Positions 1 to 10,975 of a DNA stretch of 64,000 nucleotides are shown here, piece after piece. A program made the translations under genes and the position numbers. The stretch covers positions 793,074 to 857,073 of the forward strand of contig MCFH01000019.1 of the NCBI GenBank assembly GCA_002104945.1, read 5' to 3'. The notes under the pieces were generated by a model. It was not told the origin of the DNA. It saw only the letters and a list, made by a program, of their open reading frames with translations, and searched no databases. This stretch comes from Piromyces finnis finn (taxonomy: Eukaryota > Fungi > Neocallimastigomycota). The first letter of the stretch is position 1, and every line of letters starts with the position of its first letter.

Positions 1-30
1 ATTTTATTTTATTAATTATTTTATAATTAC

Positions 31-1852
31 AATGAATATTCCGACTAAATTTGTTAAAATAATTATTATTTTTTATAGGTTTAAATTAAATTAGATATTT
101 GAATATTAATGGCTTTTATAAATAATTATATTATTTAATTTAAAATACCTCAAATTCATCAATAAGTTTATTAAACACAGGCTTATCTTATAATTTGATT
201 TAATTTTTTTAATAAAATTAGTAATTAATACTTTATAAATATTTATGGAAGTTAATAATACAAACCATTAATTTCTCCATTAATCTTCATGACATATACT
301 TTATTTTTTGGATCACAAGAAGCTTCAATAATTAATAATAAATATTTTCCATCATCTGTAATTTCAACACCAAACATATTTTGAGGATTTTCCGGTTCTG
401 AATAAAACAATATATCTTTTTCTTGTTCTGTTCCAAGTTTATGATAATACATCTGAGAAGAAATAATAAATTATAAATTCAGAATAAGTAAATCATATAT
501 ATATATATATATATTTAATTTTACCATAGCATTTGAATTTTGATCAGTTTCAGTACCAGCAGATTTATCTTCATTAATATTTGGTTTTGGATATCTTTGA
601 TAGAAAATACCTTTTTCATCTTTTGTCCAAGTTATACTATTATATAGTAAATTATTAATAAATAAAGTATTTATTATACTTTACAAAAATTATATATAAA
701 ATTACCCAGAAAATTTAACCCATTCTAATGGTTTATCAACTTCAATTAATTTTCCATCCTCAATTTGACTTTTAATTATGTTTATTGAAATTATAATAAT
801 TAATGTTTTTCCTCAATATTAATATATTTATATAAACTATTACGTTATATATATCTAAATGTATAATATATAAACTATTGATTAGCATTTATAATTTTTA
901 AAAAATTTTTTTAATATTAATTTTATACTTTAACCCAGTCACTTCCACTTTTACTGAGAGAATAAGCAAAATATTTTCCAGAATCAGAAAAAGAAATAGA
1001 ACTTAAAGCTATTGTTCCATCATCTGATAAAATATTTGGCTTATAATTTTATATAAATTAAAATGATTTAGAAAAAGTTTTAAAATATCATTACATAATT
1101 ATAAATATTGATTAGTTTTGTTAATTATTTCTAGATTTTTACATCAAAGAAAACTACAGGTTCACTATCTAAGGTTTTTTGTCTATATAAAACACTATTT
1201 AATTGTTATAAATAAATAGTTAGAATAAAATTAAATTAAGTAATATCATATAATTTGAATATTAAATAAATATGCCTCTGAGATTGTAAACCAGTATTAT
1301 GGAAGTAGTAATAATATTCATTTTCTCCTTTTCCTCTCTTAAACATGCATCCAAAACGTTCATAATTATATTTTTCTAATAATCTTTTTTTAAAAAAATT
1401 ATTTATAGTTCAAATATGAAAAAAAAAAAATTAATATTTTATAATAAAAAATTCATATTATTATTTTTATACGCTAAAACATACTTATCCATTAATTTTT
1501 CACGATGTTCATAGTCTTTTTATATATATTATTATTTTATTAGCATTATTATTTTTGATATTAAAGATTAATTAAATGGATTTACCATTAATGTAATTAA
1601 AAGAAATTTCATTTTGTTCCTTAACAAATTTTTTCGTTTCTTCAGAGTCAGGATCTTTAATTTTTAAAAATTTTAATTTTTTTTACATTATATATAGGTT
1701 TTAATATAAATAAGTATAATAATGAAATTAGAAAAATATAATACTAAAAACAAACCTTCAAGCCAACGATAAGGATCTTTAATTTCAATTCCGAAATGGT
1801 CTTCAACAATAGACTCATCTCTACGAACTTCAGGATACTTCATGTTTAACAT
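31..1852 (-). CDS. PREP: Prolyl oligopeptidase (S9A), 5' part; multi-exon, continues off the left edge
   Basis: Spliced translation [32 protein letters not shown]|[11 protein letters not shown]...[14 protein letters not shown]...[12 protein letters not shown]...[14 protein letters not shown]...[23 protein letters not shown]...[14 protein letters not shown]. This is the typical POP N-terminus and beta-propeller. The catalytic domain lies outside the window. The start could be ATG 1852 or 1843. Confidence 0.93.
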
Positions 1853-2091
1853 TTATATTTTATATATATTATATTTTTATATAATTTTTCAAAATGCTTG
1901 TTTTTTATTATTTATTATTTATTATTATTAACTGAATTCACACTTTTTTTATTTCATTTAAAATTAATTTTAAATGAAAGTATAATTAACACTAGAAAAT
2001 TTTAATTTTAAAACTAAATATTTTGAAACTTTCTTTAATTAAAATTTATAATTTTAAATAATAAAAATATGTTTATTATTATTAATATTAT

Positions 2092-2100
2092 ACACGTGAT
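2092..2100. promoter_or_regulatory. E-box CACGTG (RTCACGTG on the minus strand) in the ~395-bp divergent POP/MCM9 promoter
   Basis: ACACGTGAT at 2092-2100 lies in a rare GC-containing patch between two head-to-head start codons. It matches the bHLH (Cbf1/USF-type) consensus. Function is inferred only. Confidence 0.3.
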
Positions 2101-2247
2101 GCAGATGTGCCATATTTAAATTTTAAATTTTATCAATTTTAAAATTCTATTTTTTTAAAAAAAAAAAAAGAAATTGAAAGTTTGAAATTTAGAATGAAAT
2201 TTTTAATTAATTCATATATTTAGATAAATCTCAATATAATATAAAAA

Positions 2248-3676
2248 ATGGTACTAAACTATGATCCCACAAAAAATAATGATTATAAGAAAGCATTTTG
2301 TACTGAATTAATTGAATTAAAGTATAATGAAATTGAAGAAATATTATTTGCTAAAGATGAATCCATATATTACCCATTAATAATAACGTAATTAAAATTA
2401 GAGAAAAAAAAGAATATAATTTAAATAAATAGAAATATAAACAAATTGAATATATAATGTTTTTTTATAAATATAAAAAAATATTATAATAACAATAATT
2501 ATAATTTGTAAAATATAATTATATATTTTATTAGATATTATGAATTACACAATGGAAATAGTTTATTAGGTAAAATTGCTAAGTATAATTAATAACTATG
2601 TGAATAATATTTATAATGATAGTTTATATAATAAAATTAATATAAAATTAATTATTTTAGGTAATCTATTACTTCATTTCCCAGAAACTATGCTTCAATT
2701 ATTTAATGAGGCTTTAATTGAAGTTCAAGTAATTATTAATTTATATAGATATTTCAAAATTTCATTGAAATAAAAATTATTATTTTTATCTTTTAGTTTT
2801 AATAATATAAATTATTATTAAATTTAATTTTTATATATCATCATTATTAAGAATGATATTATTACAAGACATCCAATGGCTGGGGATATGACAAGGAAAT
2901 ATAATTGTAGAGTAAGAATTGCCAGGTAAAATAAATTTCATTTTAAATTTCAAAATTAAAATTTTAAATTTCAAAATTAATTAATTACTGAAAATAAAAT
3001 AATAAATACCATTAAATAATAAATATTAATTCATATATATTTTAATTTATATTATGTTTATTCTTATTATTAAACAAATAATATGAAAAAATAATTTATT
3101 ATTATTTATCAATTTTTAAATTATTATATATATTTTTATACAAAATAAAATTTTTATAGACTTCCAAGTGCATTATGTTATAGAACTTTACCCCGTTCCC
3201 TCGAGACTGGTATGTTTTTATCTATATCAGGAACGGTAGTTAGAACAGGTCCTAGAAAAGTATCAGAACAAGAACAAATATATCAATGTACAAAATGCAA
3301 AGGACAATTTGCTATGAAAGCTGACCGTGAACAATATTATTGTATTCCAGAACCAAAAGCTTGTAAAGCAATAGGTGTAGTTCCTTGTGACTCTATGAAA
3401 TTTAAAAAAATATCTAGTGATCAAGGTATAATAATAATAATATAACAAAATTATTATTATTATTATTGTTATTGTTGTATATATAAAAACATGATTTATA
3501 AATATTTTAAATACTAATTATTTTCTTATTATAATTATAAATAAATAGCGAGTTCAGAAACTTGTAATGATTTTCAAGAAATTAAAATTCAAGAAGATAT
3601 TAATGCATTAGCATTTGGAAGAATATCCTTTTTATATAATAATTAAGTTTTATTATAAAAAATAAAAATTATTCAT

Positions 3677-3710
<34 letters not shown>

Positions 3711-5735
3711 TTTAAATTATAGTTATTACCTTAATTATAAAAATTATAATTGAAATATATACATTCCCCGGTCAATTATAGTGCTATGCGAAGATGATTT
3801 AGTTGATCAATGTGCAGCTGGCGATGCTGTTGAAATTTCGTAAATAATTAAATTAATAATTATCATTATTAAAATGTGTTTCATATTATTGATATTAAAA
3901 TAATTTTCTATAAATTAATAATTTATCAATAGTGGAATAATATTAAGAAGATGGAAACCATTTGAAAAGGGTCAAAGATGTGATATTGAAATCGTTATAT
4001 GGGCTAACTATATATACGTAAAAAATGAAGATCGTTTCTTTGATACTAATGTTGAAGATGAAAAAAGAAAAGAATTTGAAAAATTTTGGGAACATTATAA
4101 AGACAATATTATGGCAGGTAAAGACTTTTTAAAAAGCGATAGAGTAAAAATATAAATAATTAATAAAGATATTTAATTTTATTAAATAATGTATTAAAAT
4201 ATAATAATATTATTAATATTAATAGGAAGAAATAGAATTATATCAAGTTTTTGTCCATTCATATATGGTGCATATCCAATTAAATTGTCAATTATCTTAA
4301 TGCTTTTAGGCGGTGTGGCAAAGGCTGAAGCCGGTATTAAAGTAAGAGGTGAAATTCATATATTATTAGTAGGTGACCCAGGTAAAATATATATTAACAT
4401 TAATGCGTTATTTATTGAAATTATGAATTATCACAAAATGTTTAATAAATTAACTTTTATTATTATAATAATTAAATAGGTACTGGTAAATCTCAATTTC
4501 TTCGGTATGCAGCAAAATTATCACCAAGAGCAGTATTAACAACAGGTGTTGGTACAACTAATGCTGGTTTAACAGTAACTGCTGTAAAAGATTCAGGAGA
4601 ATGGCATTTAGAAGCAGGTGCTTTAGTATTAGCTGATCGGGGTATTTGTTGTATTGATGAATTTGGAGGTATCAAAGAGAATGATAAAACAGCAATTCAT
4701 GAAGCAATGGAACAACAGGTAAATAACAACACTAATTTATTTTTAATAATTAAAAACCAAAATAATAAATAAGGAAATGTGTTTAATGAATATAATTATT
4801 TAATAATTAAATATAATTTTATTGTTATAATAATAATAAAGACCCTTAGTGTAGCAAAAGCAGGTTTAATTTGTAAACTAAATACGAGATGTTCTATTTT
4901 GGCAGCAACAAATCCAAAAGGAAAATATGATCCGGAGCAAAATGTTTCAATAAATATTGCATTAGGTAGTCCTTTACTTAGTAGATTTGATATTGTATTT
5001 ATTTTACTCGATAAACAAGATAAGGAGTGGGACAAGTAATTATTATAATTTATTATTATTTCTTTTTCTTTGTATTAACTCAAAAATAAAATAATTAAAA
5101 TTTATCTATATATATATATATATGGAATTCATTTAAATATATTAATAATTTTTTTTTTTTTTTAATTTTCAATAAAATAGAAAAGTATCAAGTTTTGTAA
5201 TTAAAGAAAATTCTTTGAAAAATAGAAAGAAAGCATATATATCATCACAAAGTAAAAAAGAGTTTAATTCTAATTTAATAACGGATTATTGGAAAATTGA
5301 AGATTTACAAGCATATATTCTTTGCGCTAAAACATTTTCTCCAAAAATGACAAGAGAAGCTCAATTAGTACTCTCAAGATATTATCAATTGCAAAGACAA
5401 TCAGATATAAGAAATGCAGCAAGAACAACTGTAATCCTTTTTTATATAAGAAATAATGATTTAACATTAATTATAAATATATATATTAACATTCTTATAA
5501 CTTTTATTGTTTAAATATTTCCAAAAAGATTCGTCTATTGGAAAGTTTAATCCGTTTATCTCAAGCTCATGTAAATTCATTTTTAATATAAATTATGTTA
5601 CTTAATTATTCATTTATTAATATTATAAATATATGTTTTTGTATATAATAATTAATATTAGGCAAAATTAATGTTTAGAGATTTAGTTATTGTACAGGAT
5701 GCTGTAAGTACTCAATATTCAACAATTATAATAAC

Positions 5736-5783
<48 letters not shown>

Positions 5784-7018
5784 TTTTAATTAGATTGTTG
5801 TAATCTCAATTATTGAAATTTCAATGCAATCCTCCTCTATTTTTGGTGATGTATTATGTACTCTTCACTCAATATTTCCGGATGATCCAATGAGAGATTA
5901 TTATGAAAAAGGTATGAAAAATAATCAATTATATAATTATTATATTAGTATTTTATATTAATACGCTATTTTTTTAATTTGCAGAGAAAATAATTTTAGA
6001 TAAACTACAACTCAGTGATTTATATAGTGGACCTGATATTGAGATTAAACCAGAAATGTATGGAGGTTCACCAAATATAAAACAAACTCTTTATCAAACC
6101 CAGCTTCAGGCTAAACATTTTTCACCAAGTTCATCGCAAACCTCTAACAATGGAGAAAATAATACTTCACTAAGATCAATTAACAACAATGACAATAATA
6201 ATATTGACATTACTACCACCGTCGCTAATAATAATAAAAAAGATAACAAAGAAGATGTTAGTAATAAAAATGAGAAAAATGATATAGAATCTGAAGAAAT
6301 CGTAAAGAAAAACAATGAAGTACGAAAAAACCCGGAAAAGGGTAAAAAGATAGAAACTAATAATAAGCCTCCAAAGAAAAGATCTAAAAAATCTAAGAAA
6401 AAATATTCTAATTCTATGGAGGATAACGAAAATGATTCTTCCATAGATGATTATAATAATGATAATTGGGAAGATGAATTAGAAAATTCAAGCTTTTTAT
6501 TGTCTTCATATGACTCAGAAAAAAAATCAGCAGGAGAAAAATCTATTCAAAATTCACAAAATTCTATTCTTTCATCATTGAATGTTAACGTTAATAATAA
6601 TTCGAGTGAAAAATCAGAAACATCAGAAACATCAAATAAGTCATCATCAAATAATGATAAGAATGATAAGAAATTAAATATAACAATGAGTCAGAAATTT
6701 TCAAGTAAGTTAAAAAGCTTTATGTACACTAAAAAATCTAATACTACTTCCTCTTCAACTTCAGAGGAATCCAAACCACCTTTATTAAATGAAGTATCAA
6801 ATCTATCTGAAAAGGTAATATCCAGTTCTAGTAATTATAATGTTAATAATAACAAGTTATATAACGATACTAGTGATACTAGTGATAATGATCAAAACTC
6901 GGATGAATTAGAAAATGAGGATGAAGACATTAATGATTTAGAGTTAGACTATGATTTTGAACCGACAGATACAATGGATTCTATCAATAAGAAAAAAAGA
7001 AAATTTATATGGGATTAA
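2248..7018 (+). CDS. MCM9: DNA helicase MCM9, 16 exons
   Basis: N-terminus MVLNYDP...YYPLII...[19 protein letters not shown]. Zn finger CTKC...[12 protein letters not shown] box [65 protein letters not shown]. Also [17 protein letters not shown] and [17 protein letters not shown]. The long low-complexity tail ends KKKRKFIWD. The TAVKDSGEW and AATNPKG motifs match MCM9 rather than MCM2-8. Confidence 0.92.
3623..3762 (+). other. U12-type (minor spliceosome) AT-AC intron, MCM9 intron 6
   Basis: Donor ATATCCTTTTT at 3623, branch-like TACCTTAAT at 3727-3735, acceptor TAC at 3760-3762. Removing it joins ...ALAFGR to [15 protein letters not shown] in frame. Read-through hits TAA before any GT. Confidence 0.9.
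5736..5783 (+). repeat. (AAT)n microsatellite in MCM9 intron 14
   Basis: About 16 consecutive AAT units. Confidence 0.9.
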
Positions 7019-7687
7019 AAAAATCAACTCTTAATATTTATTATTATAATTATTATTTTTTTTTATATTATTATTTTTACTAATATTATTTAACAATATT
7101 CATCTATTAAGAGATCATTTAGAAAAATATTTATTAAATACATTGAAGATTTCTTAAAAACATTCAATATATGTATTTATATAATATATTTATATACCAA
7201 GATTTTATTAATTTTATTTTATTTTTTTTTTTAGAATGATACCAATTATTAAAAATTTTTTCTTAATCTTATTCCTAAAAAAAAAAAAATAATAATAATT
7301 TGTGTAACTTGAAAAGACATCCACAATTTATTAAAGAAATATAAATAAAGTTTTTTATTTTTATATATCGGAGTTTTTAGCTTTATGACATTTTTATTTT
7401 ATAACTTCAATATTTATATTGTCTATTGAAATTTTTTTTTTTTTGCTAAAAAAAATACTTTATTTTTATACATTTATAGTATTAATAATATATTTAGCAT
7501 ATTATACATGTATAATTGTATTTAATTTTAATAATAATAAATTATTGTACAAAAAATTATCGAAATCTAGAGATTTAAATATAAAGATATAAAAAAAAAA
7601 AAAAAGATTACAATATTTATAATAAAAATTAATTAAAAAAAAATAATAAAAGAAGAAAAAATTATAATAAAATCGTTGTAATAGAAA

Positions 7688-7947
7688 ATGAATTTAGGTA
7701 AAATACAAAATAAAAGAATTATAAGTCTGAAAAGGCCACAAAGTCAACAAGTTCTGAATCCAGAACTTGAAGTTTTTTCTAGACAAATGAGAGCTAGAAA
7801 TAATTATCAACCATCTGGAAATCATAAAAAGTATTAATAGTTATAATTATAAATAATGTTAATTTTAGATTGTTCAATTATTTATTATTATATAATATCT
7901 AATTTCTTTTTTTAAAAAAAATATCTATAATTTAATATTAATGTATT

Positions 7948-7980
<33 letters not shown>

Positions 7981-10466
7981 TCCTTAATTAAAAATATTTG
8001 TGAAGAAATGTTAATTAATGGAAATATTAATTCTTTTGTAAATTTTTTCTATCTTACCCATACAACTCAAAATCCAAAAGAATTAAATAAATCAAAAGAT
8101 ACACAAGAAAATGATAATAATAAAAAAGAACTAATAAAAAAAAATTATGATGATGATGATAGTGAAGAAGAAGGAGGAGGAGAAAAAAGATTGTATTATG
8201 AAATTAATACTTTTAATGATAGAACTAAAGAAACAGTAACTGATATGAGTAAAACCAATATGTTAAGTACAGATAATCTTTTTAATTTTAATACTTTATT
8301 TGTTAGTATTGAAGAATGTGAAAAAATGGGTAATTGGGATATACTATTAAAAAATATTCATATTAAAACCAAAAAATATTGTTTATAATAATTATAATGG
8401 CAAGAATAATAAATTGAAATCAAAATATATAATATATTAAATAACAATAATAATAAAACAGGAAATGCCTTGGAAACGTATAATTCAAAAAAAAATTTAG
8501 CCGAATATTTTGGTAGATTAAATAATTGGAATGAATCTATTAAATACTATCAGAAAGCATATGATTCCATTGTACTATTAAAGAATAAAGTTGAACTTCA
8601 CATGGAAGCCATATATAACATTGGATATGCTTATGAAAAAACTAGTAATTTTTATGAATTATTATAAATTTTTATTATTTATTTGATCCATTTGTTCATT
8701 ATCTAACTATAAATTTAAAAAATAAAATAAATATGTTTTATTTTTGTTATATTTTCTCATTTAATCAATAATTGATTATCAATAACAACTATAAAAAGAT
8801 CAAATTACCAAAGCATTAGCCTATTATATAAAATGTAGAGATATATCTATTGATAATTATAATAAAAGCTATGAATTAACAGCATCCCAAAAAATAGTAA
8901 AACTTCGATTAATTATAGCAAATAAGGTATTATGAGAGGAGAAAAATATAATTAGAATATTAAATCAATATATATAATATATAATGATTTAAATTTATAA
9001 TCTTATTTTTTTACTATATACATATTATATTTATTATTATAATCTTTTAAATTAAAACAATATATATATATATATATTTTTTAATATTCTTATATATTTA
9101 TAAAGCTGGATAAAAAAAAGAAATATGATAAGGAAATTGAATATTACAAAAAATGTATTAAAATTATTAAAGAAAGTTATAATGAACAAGATGAAATAAA
9201 TATAATATCCTTTAGATTAGGAACAGCTTATTTTAATAATAATGAATTAGATAAAGCTATTTCAGTAACTATTTTTTAAATTTATGAAAATTAAAAAAAA
9301 ATTAACTATTTGAAAAAAAAAAAAAAAAAAGAAATATGAAATAAAACAACTATTATTTTTTTTATTTTATATATATATACTTTCATATTTTCGATTTATT
9401 ATTTAGTTATTTGATGTATTTATTAACAATACAGATGATACTGAAAAAAATTTAGCTAATAAAAGATTAGCGCATGCTTCTATTGCAGATTGTTATGTTA
9501 GGTAACAACATAATCATTGTTCAAAAAATTAAAATATAAAATAATATATTAACCTTTTATTCCTATTTTTTTATTATTCTATAAATTATATTTAAATAAT
9601 TATATTTTTTTTAATAATATATACACATACACATTTCCCTTTAATTTATTTAAATTTGTATTATTGATAAATTTAGTAAAAATGATTATGATAATGCTAT
9701 AAAACATTTAGAAAAATTCATTTCTTTTGGTGCCAAAGATTTAAAACAAAAAACGGCTCAAATGGAAGCCTTAAATAAATTAGGCATAATTTATAATAAA
9801 AGAGGAGAATATAAAAAAGCGGTAGTTTGTTTTGAAAAGCATTTCCAACTTTTAAATACCATTAAAGAAGAAGAAAATAATATGACTGGATCATCAAAAC
9901 TTAATAAATCATTTTCTAGAAAGAAATTTTATAAAACATCATCCTCATCAGAAACCTCACAAAGTCAACTTTATGGAGAAGATGATGATAATGATGAAAA
10001 GAATGAAATAAAACTAAAAAAATTAGATAATCTAGATCCATTATTAATGAAAGATAGTCGATCTAGTCTTGCCACTGAAAACAGTGTTAAATCACTTCAA
10101 TGTATAGAAAATAGTAAAAAATTTAATGAAGCATTAATTCAAATGGGTGTAGCCAAAGCCGATAATGAACTTGAACGCTTCTTTAATTGGATACAAAAAT
10201 CGGATACTTCTTCGTTAAAATCGCTTCTTCAATGGAAAGCAAACCGTAGTATAATAGAATTCGGTGAGGAGGATTCACTTTTAAATAATACTGAAAGAGA
10301 AACGGAAGATATATTAACAAATAATCAAATGAATATGAATGTTGATAATACAGAAACTACAGAAATTAAAACAGAAGCTACAGATATTAAAACAAAAACA
10401 ATAGATGATCCTATAGAAAAAAATGAAGAAAATATCAAAATGGAAGTAGAAAATGTATTATCTTAA
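7688..10466 (+). CDS. TTC29: Tetratricopeptide repeat protein 29 (flagellar TPR protein), 7 exons
   Basis: N-terminal ICEEMLINGNINSFVNFFYL, several TPR-like helices (AIYNIGYAYEK, FRLGTAYFNNNELDKAI, ALNKLGIIYNKRGEYKKAVVCFEKHF), and C-terminal ALIQMGVAKA...SDTSSLKSLLQWKANR, which resembles the TTC29 C-terminal motif. All introns are GT-AG and preserve the frame. Confidence 0.8.
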
Positions 10467-10975
10467 TAATAAAAGAAATTCTATTTTCAATTATATATAT
10501 TATATATATAAATTAATCTTAAAAAATAAATATATCTTATAAAATTTTATGTGTATGACTATTTTATGGTAAAAAAGTAAAAAATAATATATTTTATATA
10601 TCCTTTATAAAACTAATAGAATTCTTTAATAATGCTATAAATCACTTTTTTTTTTTTTTTAGTTTATTTAATATATTTGGTATTTTGTATACTGATTTAT
10701 ATATAAAATTGCCAAGAATTATTTTTAAATATATTAAAAAATATGTGATATAATTGATATTTTTTTTTAAAAAAAAATAAAAAAAATATACAATGATTAT
10801 TATAATTATTAAATTAATTAAATAGGGTTTTGTTCAGTATAAATTTATTATTATCGATAGACTTTTAATGATGTAAATAAAAATATATATATATTATGAA
10901 ACTTTTAAAAAAAAGATTAAATGAAAATAAAATTTACTATAATTTTTGATCTATAATATTTTTTTAAATTTAAAT

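Noticed and set aside
2576-5514. Track ORFs 2576-2773, 3212-3445, 4285-4479, 4779-5039 and 5215-5514 as separate genes
   Set aside because: They are MCM9 exons with intron read-through. The same applies to 252-452 (POP), 8008-8667 (TTC29), 15057-15341 (zuotin), 24106-24408 (Clr4) and 30996-34779 (CCDC112).
9205-9213. ATATCCTTT (U12 donor match) in TTC29
   Set aside because: It lies inside an open, TPR-like exon (IISFRLGTAY) that ends at a normal GT donor, so no intron is needed.
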